Source: an uncultured Gammaproteobacteria bacterium (GTDB lineage Bacteria; Patescibacteriota; Patescibacteriia; UBA9934; GWF2-40-263). From it: a stretch of DNA of 64,000 nt. The first letter of the stretch is position 1, and every line of letters starts with the position of its first letter. The DNA lies in NCBI GenBank assembly GCA_964538435.1, contig CAZIDX010000002.1, positions 41,566 through 105,565 on the forward strand, given 5' to 3'. Made by a program: the position numbers and the translations under genes. The notes beneath the pieces are model-generated. The model worked only from the letters and a program-made list of their open reading frames with translations. It had not been told where the DNA came from and searched no databases. Below, piece after piece: positions 27,093 to 36,528 of this stretch.

Positions 27093-27155
27093 AGCGAATA
27101 GCGGTTAGCGGTTAGCGAATAATCTACTCGCTCATCACTCTTCGCTCATCGCTGC
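27093..27155. repeat. 63-bp nine-heptad palindromic element, copy B, 13 nt upstream of rpmA ATG
   Basis: agcgaat agcggtt agcggtt agcgaat aatctac tcgctca tcactct tcgctca tcgctgc. Confidence 0.8.
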
Positions 27156-27198
27156 AATAATCAATTAACGCCAGGAGTTTAGCTAAATCCCTGTTTTT

Positions 27199-27227
27199 TG
27201 TCAATACTTCACTCCACAATAGCAAGA
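27199..27227 (-). promoter_or_regulatory. candidate promoter TTGACA-N17-TAAACT (minus strand) for rpmA, leaving about 100-nt leader containing element B
   Basis: Read on reverse complement. Confidence 0.35.
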
Positions 27228-27285
27228 CCCCGTCCGAAGACGGGGTCCGTACGTACCCGGAAAACCCCGGATACAGGCTGCTTGT

Positions 27286-27933
27286 CTAGTAGGCGTCGTG
27301 CTTGTAGACCATGGCCCGACGATGGGCACTGCGGCTGGACGTGAAGATGAAGTACGTCATCAGGATGCCACCGATCACCGCGAGCAGCAGCATGAAGAGC
27401 ACTAGGAGCTTGCCCTTGCCATCACTGTCATCTCCAAGAAAGAAATCTGCCACTTCCTCGAACGCACCCGGAATGTGGCGGATGCCACTGGAGATGTTGT
27501 ACACCATGGAAAAGGTGTCATAGCTCGCAACCGCTCCGCTCCCGAACGTACGACGTCGGTAGAAGTGTCCCCACGCATCGACCGTGATCACCAGACCAGA
27601 ACCCACGATCGGGAACCAGACCAGGATGTAGCCAGCGTTGAGGAACGCCTCGACCATATACTGATCCACCAGAGGACCCACCTCGGCTCCGGAAGCCAGG
27701 AGCGCATCCTTGGCCTCCTCGGACATCACGAGGGTCTCGGGCAGTGCCATGCCCACGAACGCGAGCACGATCAGCAAACACCAGGTAAACCCAGACGCGG
27801 ACATGATGAGCCCGCACCAGTTCACCAGGTGACCCATGGGGTTGGCATGCTTGGTCTCGTCGAAACTCTTCCCGACCGCCCAGGCATTGAACCAGGAGAT
27901 CGCGAAGTTCAGAATCCAGATGAAGAAGAGCAT
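27286..27933 (-). CDS. GC-rich polytopic membrane protein (215 aa), hypothetical
   Basis: High G+C relative to flanks; multiple TM helices; followed on minus strand by ccgggguuuucc and gaccccguc-UUCG-gacgggguc hairpins (27225-27285). Confidence 0.5.
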   Translation of the reverse strand: MLFFIWILNFAISWFNAWAVGKSFDETKHANPMGHLVNWCGLIMSASGFTWCLLIVLAFVGMALPETLVMSEEAKDALLASGAEVGPLVDQYMVEAFLNAGYILVWFPIVGSGLVITVDAWGHFYRRRTFGSGAVASYDTFSMVYNISSGIRHIPGAFEEVADFFLGDDSDGKGKLLVLFMLLLAVIGGILMTYFIFTSSRSAHRRAMVYKHDAY

Positions 27934-28025
27934 GTACTTTCCTCCGGCTCGAATCTATTCCGAGCAACAAGACAAGTTATACTATTTTTCCCATTTTGTC
28001 AACCAATACGCTATAATCAAGCCGT

Positions 28026-29024
28026 ATGCAAACAAATAAAACCCTACTTTTAATAGTAATTCTCCTAGGCCTTACAGTGGCTGGAGCGATTGGTTGGATT
28101 ACCACCCAAGAATACAAAGGAGCCCAGAAACACTCAGACCCCATCAACGAGCTTGTGATCGACACAGAAGACCTTGCAGACGAGCAAGCCGATCCTGTCT
28201 ACTTCATTGCTGTTCACAACGAACCCTACAACTCTGCCGCAGCAAAATCCGAAGTCGAACTTGAAAACGCATTCAACAACCTCGTTAACATGATCGATGC
28301 TGCAGACGAACAAAATATAAAACTAACTCTCATGTTCTCTGCCTCCTGGGCCGACTACATCCTCACAGAGCCAATACGAACCAGAATCTTTGAAAGCTGG
28401 GTTGCTGCCGGTCACGAGATTGCTGGTCATCACCACGGACTCACTCACGGCGCCTGGGATGGCTACTCTGCTCTGCCTGAACTCGAAGCAATTCAAACCA
28501 GAGCCGCTAACAAAGATGGCGCCCCTGAACCTTATCAAGGAACACTCAAGGACTACTCAACCGAGCTGAAGCGCCTCAACCCTGCGTTTAACTCTGGGTG
28601 TATGAATGAAGAAAACAACAAACAAGAAATGCCAGACGATGTCATCTATAGCACCTGCTCAGGTTACTCAAACTACTCAAATGACATTGTGGAAAAAATG
28701 GACCAAGACAGTGTTCTTGTGGGAGACAATCAACTCATTGTCTCTGCCATGATAAATGACCACATGCGCTACTGGATTTCCCACTACAATATCGGTGCTG
28801 CAAACAGAGCCATCGAAGCCATCGCTTACTTCGATCAAATGGAAGCTGGTGCCTTTGGAATGGTCCTTCATAGCACAAACGCAAACCAAAGCGGATTTGA
28901 GGCAGCTCTCAAAACACTCAAACAAGTCGACCCAAACGGCAACCAAAGCCGAACCATGAAACAAATTTTTGAAAGCAACACCTTGCCTACACTGGAAGTA
29001 AGTGAAGAATTCTTCCAAAACTAA
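28026..29024 (+). CDS. hypothetical N-terminally anchored exported protein (332 aa)
   Basis: Signal-anchor helix; His cluster EIAGHHHGLTHG; no confident family. Confidence 0.45.
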   Translation: MQTNKTLLLIVILLGLTVAGAIGWITTQEYKGAQKHSDPINELVIDTEDLADEQADPVYFIAVHNEPYNSAAAKSEVELENAFNNLVNMIDAADEQNIKLTLMFSASWADYILTEPIRTRIFESWVAAGHEIAGHHHGLTHGAWDGYSALPELEAIQTRAANKDGAPEPYQGTLKDYSTELKRLNPAFNSGCMNEENNKQEMPDDVIYSTCSGYSNYSNDIVEKMDQDSVLVGDNQLIVSAMINDHMRYWISHYNIGAANRAIEAIAYFDQMEAGAFGMVLHSTNANQSGFEAALKTLKQVDPNGNQSRTMKQIFESNTLPTLEVSEEFFQN

Positions 29025-29035
29025 ACCTTGCAACC

Positions 29036-29068
29036 AAAACACCCCGGGATATCCGGGGTGTTTTTGAT
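29036..29068. terminator. bidirectional terminator acaccccgg-gata-tccggggtgt + T-run
   Basis: Read directly. Confidence 0.6.
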
Positions 29069-29073
29069 TTCTA

Positions 29074-30696
29074 CTACTTTTTCAAGGCAGCCTTCACAAA
29101 CGCCTTGAAGACAGGATGTGGGTGCAACGGACGTGATTTAAACTCAGGATGAAACTGCACACCAACAAAGAACGGGTGATCCTTGAGCTCAACAATCTCA
29201 ACCAAACCGTTTTGCGGATTCACACCAGAGATCACCATTCCATTTTCCTCAAGCGCCTGCGTGTAAACATTATTAAACTCGTACCGATGTCTGTGCCGCT
29301 CTGAAACAAGATCTTCTCCGTACGCTCGCCTTGCAATTGTTCCTTTCTTGAGCTCGCAATCATACGCACCAAGACGCATGGTCCCACCGTACTGATTCTG
29401 ACGAATATTCTTTAACTGCTTTGGATTCACATGAATAATCGGATCAACTGCCTGCTCATCCACCTCCACGGTATGCGCCCCCTTCTTTCCTAGAACGTTT
29501 CGAGCAAACTCTACGCAGGCAAGCTGCATGCCGTAGCAAATTCCAAAGTACGGAATATTTTTCTCGCGACAATACTTAATCGTTGAGATCACTCCTTCGA
29601 TGCCGCGCGTTCCAAACCCACCAGGAACAAGCACGCCGTCATACTTTGAAAGCGAGCGAAGCTTCTTTTTATCCTCTTCAAACTCCTCTGAATTCACCCA
29701 CACAAGCTCAATCCGAGCCTTGTTGTGCCATGCAGCCGACTTAAGTGCCTCGATCACAGAAATATAAGAATCAGAAAGTGTGTAGTCACCGGTTGAAAAA
29801 TACTTCCCAACCACACCAATCTTTACTTTCTTCTCAGACTTGTCCTGCACATCCGCCATGCGATTCCATGCCTTCAAATCCGACTTCTTTTTCCGCTCAC
29901 CAAACTTCTTCAAAATCATGTCCGACAACCCTTGCTTTTCAAACATCTGAGGAATGTGATAGATCGTCTTCACATCTGGTGCTGAAATCACGTCCCCTGG
30001 CTTCACATTACAAAAGATTGAAAGCTTGTCCCGCCTAGGCTTATCCATATACTGCTCACCTCGACAGATTATAAAATCCGGATGAATACCAACACTATTA
30101 AGTGTTCGCGTAGCCTGCTGCGTAGGCTTTGTCTTCATCTCTCCCAAGTGACTTGGAATTGGCAAGTAGCTCACCATCACAAACATCACACTCTCTGGAT
30201 CCTCAAGATGCATCATGCGCGCCGCCTCCAGGAAAAGGATGTTCTCATACTCCCCAACAGTTCCACCCACTTCAATCATGGTGAAATCTGCCTTGGCATT
30301 TTTTGCAGCCTTCTTAATCCGACTAATCACCTCAAGCGGGATATGTGGCACCACCTGCACACACTTCCCCTTGTACCCAAGGTTTCTCTCCCTCTCAATC
30401 ACGCTCTGATACACACGACCTGTGGTCATGTAGTTCATGCTTGTTAAATCTGTTTCCAAAAATCGCTCATAGTTCCCCATATCCTGATCCGTCTCATCAC
30501 CGTCATCAGTTACAAAAACTTCACCGTGCTCAACAGGGTTCATAGTTCCAGCATCCACATTCACATACGGATCAACTTTAATGGCAGTCACACTGTACCC
30601 ACGAGACTGTAGTATCTTTCCTATGGACGCAGTGGTGACCCCTTTTCCCACACCGGACATCACTCCACCCACAACGAAAATATATTTGTGTTTCAT
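29074..30696 (-). CDS. pyrG: CTP synthase; start at internal Met (MKHKYIFVVGG...), ORF-track 5-prime extension overlaps repeat C
   Basis: N-terminal synthetase domain GGVMSGVGKG, C-terminal glutamine amidotransferase GICYGMQ...HPEF. Confidence 0.9.
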   Translation of the reverse strand: MKHKYIFVVGGVMSGVGKGVTTASIGKILQSRGYSVTAIKVDPYVNVDAGTMNPVEHGEVFVTDDGDETDQDMGNYERFLETDLTSMNYMTTGRVYQSVIERERNLGYKGKCVQVVPHIPLEVISRIKKAAKNAKADFTMIEVGGTVGEYENILFLEAARMMHLEDPESVMFVMVSYLPIPSHLGEMKTKPTQQATRTLNSVGIHPDFIICRGEQYMDKPRRDKLSIFCNVKPGDVISAPDVKTIYHIPQMFEKQGLSDMILKKFGERKKKSDLKAWNRMADVQDKSEKKVKIGVVGKYFSTGDYTLSDSYISVIEALKSAAWHNKARIELVWVNSEEFEEDKKKLRSLSKYDGVLVPGGFGTRGIEGVISTIKYCREKNIPYFGICYGMQLACVEFARNVLGKKGAHTVEVDEQAVDPIIHVNPKQLKNIRQNQYGGTMRLGAYDCELKKGTIARRAYGEDLVSERHRHRYEFNNVYTQALEENGMVISGVNPQNGLVEIVELKDHPFFVGVQFHPEFKSRPLHPHPVFKAFVKAALKK

Positions 30697-30702
30697 AAAC
30701 AA

Positions 30703-30765
30703 AGCGTTTAGCGGGTAGCGTATAGCGGGTAGTCTAATCGCTACTCGCTCCACGCTAATCGCTCT
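30703..30765. repeat. 63-bp nine-heptad palindromic element, copy C, 6 nt upstream of pyrG ATG
   Basis: agcgttt agcgggt agcgtat agcgggt agtctaa tcgctac tcgctcc acgctaa tcgctct. Confidence 0.8.
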
Positions 30766-30793
30766 AAATTAAAAACGGGCCATGCCCGCTTTA

Positions 30794-31237
30794 TTATTTT
30801 TCTTCGATGCTAACGCTGACCTCTGCTTCGAAGCCGTGATTGAGCTCAATCATGACAGTGTGCGTCCCAAGTTCTTTTATGGGATCAGCAATCTTGATCA
30901 TATCGGGTTTCACCTTGTGACCGAGTTCTTTTAGCGCTTTTGCAATGGTCTTGGATGTAACAGCGGCGTAGAGAACCCCGCCCTCATTCACTTTTTCCTT
31001 TATGACGATCTCTTGGCCATCCAGCTCTTTTGCTAACTGCCCAGCCACAGACACGTCTTTATTCACCTGGCGTTGCTTTGACTCCTCCTGTTCCTTGCGC
31101 TTCTGCAGAGCCTCTGGAGTAGCCTGGACTGCCAAGTTTTGTAGAAAAAGAAAATTCCGAGCGTGTCCATCAGACACCTCTACTACATCCCCCTCCTGAC
31201 CTAGCGACTTTACGTCGCGGATGAGGATAACTTTCAT
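30794..31237 (-). CDS. rplI: 50S ribosomal protein L9
   Basis: MKVILIRDVKSLGQEGDVVEVSDGHARNFL N-domain and C-domain of bL9. Confidence 0.85.
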   Translation of the reverse strand: MKVILIRDVKSLGQEGDVVEVSDGHARNFLFLQNLAVQATPEALQKRKEQEESKQRQVNKDVSVAGQLAKELDGQEIVIKEKVNEGGVLYAAVTSKTIAKALKELGHKVKPDMIKIADPIKELGTHTVMIELNHGFEAEVSVSIEEK

Positions 31238-31333
31238 AAGCTTAGCTCAATTATACCAGATTGCACCTGCCCAGACAAAACATTGTTCACCTGATCGAAA
31301 CTAAGTATACTCAATGCATAACCAAACATACTT

Positions 31334-32524
31334 ATGCCTCCTGAAACAACTCACAGACAGCACGAAAAACCACTAAAGGAGCGGGTTGAAAAGCCGCAAC
31401 ACAACGCAGCCTCAGATCAATACGACACAGCAGGCCGCCCACTGCTCCCACATGAACTTGATTCTACATCCAGGCAAGAAGTTGAGGAGGCTCTTGAAGC
31501 ACCACAAGCAGAACTTGCCAATGAACTGGTTACAACAAAAATCGAAATCACAGGAGACATCAACGGAGAATGGGATCGAGTTATTGACGAGCTTGTAAAA
31601 AGAGCTGAAAAAGCTAACGCTCTTGAGAAAAATTCAAACAACGAACGAGTTGCAAGAAAACAAATCCGCCAGCTAAGACTCGAATTAGAAGCGGTGGCCA
31701 AGATTAAAGCCAGGCATGAGATACTCACCCAGATCTCAGATGGTCGTGAACCAAGCGTCATCCTCGAACAAGTCACACAAAGCCGAAAGCTCCACGCAGA
31801 CCGACTAGGAACAAACACAGACACACGAGCACGCATCGAAGGTGCCGCCATGTTAATCTTGAGAAAAACCGAGCAACGCATCGCAAAAGACATTGCAACG
31901 AATCCAGACAAACTCTCAGAGCTCCAAAAAGAAAACAAAGAACTCTTTGACAATGTCCTCAGACACTCCGGAGCAGAAGGCGGAACACATGAAGTATCGT
32001 TCACCCCTTCAAAAAAGACCTCACTTGCAGAACAAAAGGTGATCGATTTTGATAAACGAATTACAAACGTTGAAAAGCACATTCAAAAACTTTCCTGGTT
32101 CGCACGCAAATTTTCAAAAGAAGGAAAAGTTCTTCGCGCTCGACTAGACGAGATGAAGACAGAACGCAGGTCACTTGCCTTTGCAGCAGCAACAGAACTC
32201 ATTGGAAAAGCATTATCTACAAAAGAAGCAAAACAAGCACTATCAATGGAAGAACTCTCTGAAAGCAACATGGAGTCCGTTGAAACCACCTGGGAAGAAT
32301 ACCAAGCAGAGCTGGCCTCCATGCACTCACTCCAAGAAAAACGAGCTGCCCTCAGCCGTCTCCCATGGAAAGATCGCGCAGAAAAGAAAAAACTAGACAT
32401 GCTCATGCTTGTAAAAGACGAACGCATCAAAGCCCTAAAAGCAGCCCACGCAGCTGAAATCCGAGAAAAAAACCTCGCACGAGAACGCGAACTCCAAGAA
32501 TACATAAACAAATCTAATCAATAG
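31334..32524 (+). CDS. hypothetical coiled-coil protein (396 aa)
   Basis: Heptad-rich charged sequence; antisense ORFs in this region are Ser-rich shadows. Confidence 0.45.
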   Translation: MPPETTHRQHEKPLKERVEKPQHNAASDQYDTAGRPLLPHELDSTSRQEVEEALEAPQAELANELVTTKIEITGDINGEWDRVIDELVKRAEKANALEKNSNNERVARKQIRQLRLELEAVAKIKARHEILTQISDGREPSVILEQVTQSRKLHADRLGTNTDTRARIEGAAMLILRKTEQRIAKDIATNPDKLSELQKENKELFDNVLRHSGAEGGTHEVSFTPSKKTSLAEQKVIDFDKRITNVEKHIQKLSWFARKFSKEGKVLRARLDEMKTERRSLAFAAATELIGKALSTKEAKQALSMEELSESNMESVETTWEEYQAELASMHSLQEKRAALSRLPWKDRAEKKKLDMLMLVKDERIKALKAAHAAEIREKNLARERELQEYINKSNQ

Positions 32525-32529
32525 TACAT

Positions 32530-33261
32530 ATGGGAATCTTTGATCGATTTCGAGGAGGGGTACCACCACAGGACACACAACCAAAACCTGACACAGAGCT
32601 CAACCCAAATCTACTGGGAGAAATCACAACTGTTGATCATGTAGACAACAGCACAGAAGAACGAGCTGTACTGAAAGAAGGCGTAACGCTTGGATCAGCT
32701 GATCTAGAGCAACATCGTCGTGAATGGGCAAGAAACGAAAAAGAACTAGACCAACTCCTTCACACTGCAGAAGTTTCTAGATCGTTTCAAAATGAAGACG
32801 GATCAGAATATGCAAGAAGAGATTACAAATACACACAAACCCCAGACGGAAGACTGCATTCAACAGAGTGTAGATACACAGCCACCCCAGAACATGCTGA
32901 AGGAAGCAGCAAGGTGACCTCAATTGTTGAAGAAAGGCAAATTGATGCAAATGGGCGCGTGACAGAATACGCAAGAACAGAAATTGGCCTTAACAATGTT
33001 TCAACGCGGAGGACTGAGCAACTCACTTACGATGAAGACGGAGATGTGACAAAACGAGAATACACTAGAGAAGAAGATGGTGAGGTGGTATACAAGACAG
33101 AAACTCAAATCGACCCAGACAATGATAAAGGTACTGTATTCAAGGTGCTCCTCAATACCCGAGAAGGAGTGCAACCAGGATACACTGACAAAAACGATGC
33201 AAATGCCGACAAATTCAAAAATACTTTTCACTCAGCAATGATCTCACTTCTTGAAGCCTAA
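32530..33261 (+). CDS. hypothetical protein (243 aa)
   Basis: ORF with SD-like context; followed by terminator aaacagcc-tgaaatac-ggctgtttttt. Confidence 0.45.
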   Translation: MGIFDRFRGGVPPQDTQPKPDTELNPNLLGEITTVDHVDNSTEERAVLKEGVTLGSADLEQHRREWARNEKELDQLLHTAEVSRSFQNEDGSEYARRDYKYTQTPDGRLHSTECRYTATPEHAEGSSKVTSIVEERQIDANGRVTEYARTEIGLNNVSTRRTEQLTYDEDGDVTKREYTREEDGEVVYKTETQIDPDNDKGTVFKVLLNTREGVQPGYTDKNDANADKFKNTFHSAMISLLEA

Positions 33262-33305
33262 ACAAAAAAACAGCCTGAAATACGGCTGTTTTTTGATTGT
33301 AAGCA

Positions 33306-33334
33306 TTGACAAGAAGAGTTTGCAGATGTATAAA
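33306..33334 (+). promoter_or_regulatory. consensus promoter TTGACA-N17-TATAAA with SD AAGGAGGA upstream of GC-rich gene
   Basis: Read directly. Confidence 0.55.
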
Positions 33335-33361
33335 ACCCTCTGGCATGAAGGAGGATTCACC

Positions 33362-33889
33362 ATGTTCAGAGAAATGATCTTGGCCCTGGCAGTCGCAATC
33401 ATCTGCACGTTCGGACTGCCACCCGCTCACGCCCAGGACAAGCCCCTCACCACTGAGGAGCAGACCTGGCTCGAACAGCTCGCCCAGGACCCCGCCCGTG
33501 TCCGCGCACTCATCCAGGCCGAGCGCAACGCTCAGCTCATGGAGCACTGGGACACCGTCACCGCTGTCGGCGTCAACTACCTGACGTTCTGCTACAAGAT
33601 GAACGGTCGCGATCCCGGCCCCGAGATCACTCGCGCCAACGTGGGCGAATCAGTTGTGATCTCCTGGGGTCTCGAGATGCCGCGCAAGATGCCCGTCCCC
33701 TTCGATGTGCAGATCGTGTGGAAGCACAACGGCGTGATCGACCGGCTCGACACCAGCTCGATCGACGCCCCGTCGTACAACTACCGCCTCTGGGACCGCC
33801 AGACCCTGCGCAAGACTGGCACCTGGACCGCCGCGGTCGTCTACAACGGCAACGAACTCGCAACCACCACGCTGGTGGTCAGCGAGTAG
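33362..33889 (+). CDS. GC-rich secreted hypothetical protein (start at MFREMILALAVAIICTFGLPPAHA signal peptide)
   Basis: Signal peptide, high G+C, terminator ccucgucc-ucg-gacgggg-UUUUCAAAU at 33897-33925. Confidence 0.5.
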   Translation: MFREMILALAVAIICTFGLPPAHAQDKPLTTEEQTWLEQLAQDPARVRALIQAERNAQLMEHWDTVTAVGVNYLTFCYKMNGRDPGPEITRANVGESVVISWGLEMPRKMPVPFDVQIVWKHNGVIDRLDTSSIDAPSYNYRLWDRQTLRKTGTWTAAVVYNGNELATTTLVVSE

Positions 33890-33940
33890 CTCTCCAACCT
33901 CGTCCTCGGACGGGGTTTTCAAATACAAACAGGAGTGAAA

Positions 33941-34028
33941 CTGTAACGTGAAATAAAAAAACAAGGTGGTGGTCGTCTATATCGCGAGACGGCCCGGCTC
34001 CGCCTTGTTTTTTTATTTCACGTTACAG
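33941..34028. repeat. 88-bp palindromic element: perfect 26-bp inverted arms (ctgtaacgtgaaataaaaaaacaagg / ccttgtttttttatttcacgttacag) around 36-bp GC-rich spacer with inner hairpin; probable bidirectional terminator
   Basis: Arms verified by reverse-complement; lies between convergent genes. Confidence 0.7.
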
Positions 34029-34041
34029 TGAACGATCTTAA

Positions 34042-36489
34042 TCAAACCCCAACTTGCTTCCCTCGATCCAACTTAACCCTCTGAATCTCCATCCCCTCAC
34101 CCTCCTCTGGATTCTCAAGCGCATCAATAAACGCAGATCGATGCGAAATAATAACAAATGTTGTATTCGGTCGCTTCTTTTTCTCCGCTAGCATAATCCG
34201 CGCCACCTCTGCCTCAGTCTCCTCATCAAGTTCCTCTGTTGCTTGATCCAAAAACACAATCCCCCCATTCTCCTGCGAACGAATCTTAAGAAGCACACGA
34301 GCAAGCCCAAGCCGAGCTTTCTCACCACCAGACAATCCTTTTATGCTACCCCTTAGATCCAACACACCATCCTGAGTAAACCGCTCAGCAAGTCCAAGCT
34401 CACTCAAAATCTGAATCATGTCCGCATCCTGCGCATCATTTGTTCCAAATGAAATGTTATCTCGAAGATTCCCACTGTCAAAAATGTATGGATGCTGCGA
34501 TAAATACGCAACATGAGAATAAAGAGAATCTTCACCCGTTCGCTTGATATTCCCAATATCCTGACCACCAATCTTAACCTCACCTTCAGTCGGAGAATAA
34601 TAGCCTGACATGAGCCGCGAAAGTGTTGTCTTCCCATGACCACTTCGCCCCTCCAATCGAATCACTCCCCCAGCCGGAACTTTAAACTCAACACCTTCAA
34701 TAATCTTGTTCCCATCGATCTCAAGTCCAACACCTGAAAGCTCAAGAGCAAAATCTTCAAGTTCAGACGCTCCCACACGTTTCTGATCAGCCTCCACCTC
34801 TGCTCGCGCATATCCATTAAATACCTCCTCCATTTCCACAATAGCTTCCACTGATTTAATCAGATCATTATTAACTCTTAAAATCTCACCAAACCCTCTG
34901 CTAAAGTGCTGAGAATAAATAATCGCCGCAACAACATCGCCAGCATTTCCCATCCCCATCTCTCGAAGAACAGCACCAGTGCCAACAAGCCCCGCAATTA
35001 CACTACTATTTAACACATAACCATGCTGAAACTCCATGTCAGCCCGAGCATGAGTGCGCTCATGTCCGATCTCATTCCAATTCTTACCAATCTCCTCAAC
35101 CCTCTGAGCTATTTTTTCTTGCATGCCACCAAGAACAATATCCTGATGAGCATCTACCTGCTCTCCAATCTCTTGTGCCAGTGCATCTTCATTCTCGTAC
35201 GACTCCATAATGATCGGGTGAAGGCGTTTATCTGCCTTCCGTGCAATTGAAATTGCAATTGGCGCAGAAGCAAGCGAAATAAGACCCAACCTCCAATCCA
35301 TTGCCATCATCGCAGTGAACCCAACACTGGCGGTAGCAACCGCAGGTAAATGAACGCGCGCAACTGAAAACAAAATATCTTTAAATGCGCTTTGAGACCG
35401 ACGCATGGACGAAATAATCCTACCTCTTTCTTCCCCTCCCATTCTCTCACCCGGCTGAAACACTAAATCCTGAGAAAGCCGCTCATACAATCCATCTTGA
35501 TGTTCAGTAATCTCATTCATGAGCTGGTTAAACCCAATATCTAGCCTCCTCTTGATTCCACCAGAAGCCAAATTGATTCCAAGATACCCAAGCGCAAATG
35601 TCGCGGCCATCATTCCACCCACCTCATCATTAAGAGCCTTCCCCAAAAGAGCAGGGCCGACCCCCTCAACCGCACCGACCCCAGTCATAGCAACCGCAAA
35701 CTTCACATACTGACTCTTATCCCCATCACTCAAATATTCATTCCACACCTCTTTCATCACCCGAAGACGCTGTGTTTCCTGTGGCTTACCCTCTGGATCA
35801 AACTCCGGAATCTCATCACCTGCCTGCGCAAGCAAAACAAGATTCTTAACCTGTTCCTTTGAAAAACCAAACTTAGAGTACGCGCGAATCATCTCACGCT
35901 CAATGTATGGCTGTTGCTCTGCATCTGGCTTGGTTGATGCGCGTTTTTGAAGCTTCTCAAGGGTTACCTGAAACTGCCCCACGTTTTCAAACTCCGTAAT
36001 CTGCTCCGCCCAACGCTGCATGTTGAAAATCATGTCCTGATCATCCTGACCGAGCTCACGCTCATGTTCTTCACTCTTTGCATCCACCCACCAAAGCACC
36101 TGCCCCTTCTCAGGAACAGACTCAATACCTGTATCTTGCACGTCCTCCCTGAACGTTAAAACCTTTGCAGCAACACGCTCCATCTGCTCATACACAGCAT
36201 CATCTGGCTCATCCATGAAATGTTTCTCACCAACCTGAGCCTCAATCGTACGAATCACATAATTCATCTCCGCCTGCAGCTGTGGAGGCACCTCTGGAAT
36301 CCCAAACTGCTCTCGAAGTGCAGCCTCAACACTCTCTCTTGCATCGTCTAAAGATTCCTGTAAGGTTTCAGGAAGAACTTCTCGAAGGTCATCAAAACCA
36401 CGATCGTGATATTGCTCACGAACGTGCTCATCAAGTTTCTTTGGCTTCATGGCCAATTCCTGTGGTGAAGGTCGGTAGAGTTCCCCCAT
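34042..36489 (-). CDS. ABC transporter, fused permease/ATP-binding protein with long N-terminal extension
   Basis: C-terminal NBD: Walker A GRSGHGKTTL, signature LSGGEKARLGLARVLL, Walker B IVFLDQATEELD. Confidence 0.75.
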   Translation of the reverse strand: MGELYRPSPQELAMKPKKLDEHVREQYHDRGFDDLREVLPETLQESLDDARESVEAALREQFGIPEVPPQLQAEMNYVIRTIEAQVGEKHFMDEPDDAVYEQMERVAAKVLTFREDVQDTGIESVPEKGQVLWWVDAKSEEHERELGQDDQDMIFNMQRWAEQITEFENVGQFQVTLEKLQKRASTKPDAEQQPYIEREMIRAYSKFGFSKEQVKNLVLLAQAGDEIPEFDPEGKPQETQRLRVMKEVWNEYLSDGDKSQYVKFAVAMTGVGAVEGVGPALLGKALNDEVGGMMAATFALGYLGINLASGGIKRRLDIGFNQLMNEITEHQDGLYERLSQDLVFQPGERMGGEERGRIISSMRRSQSAFKDILFSVARVHLPAVATASVGFTAMMAMDWRLGLISLASAPIAISIARKADKRLHPIIMESYENEDALAQEIGEQVDAHQDIVLGGMQEKIAQRVEEIGKNWNEIGHERTHARADMEFQHGYVLNSSVIAGLVGTGAVLREMGMGNAGDVVAAIIYSQHFSRGFGEILRVNNDLIKSVEAIVEMEEVFNGYARAEVEADQKRVGASELEDFALELSGVGLEIDGNKIIEGVEFKVPAGGVIRLEGRSGHGKTTLSRLMSGYYSPTEGEVKIGGQDIGNIKRTGEDSLYSHVAYLSQHPYIFDSGNLRDNISFGTNDAQDADMIQILSELGLAERFTQDGVLDLRGSIKGLSGGEKARLGLARVLLKIRSQENGGIVFLDQATEELDEETEAEVARIMLAEKKKRPNTTFVIISHRSAFIDALENPEEGEGMEIQRVKLDRGKQVGV

Positions 36490-36528
36490 AACTATTGGTT
36501 TCTGTTATTATACCATCATAGCGTCAAC

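Noticed and set aside
27475-28053. 192-aa plus-strand ORF and 150-aa minus-strand ORF (27518-27970) overlapping the GC-rich membrane protein gene
   Set aside because: These are alternative frames of a GC-rich gene. The 215-aa frame has clear TM helices, a start context and its own terminator.
31417-32511. Two long minus-strand ORFs (221 and 142 aa) antisense to the coiled-coil gene
   Set aside because: They are Ser-rich low-complexity shadows of an E/K/A-rich coiled-coil coding sequence.
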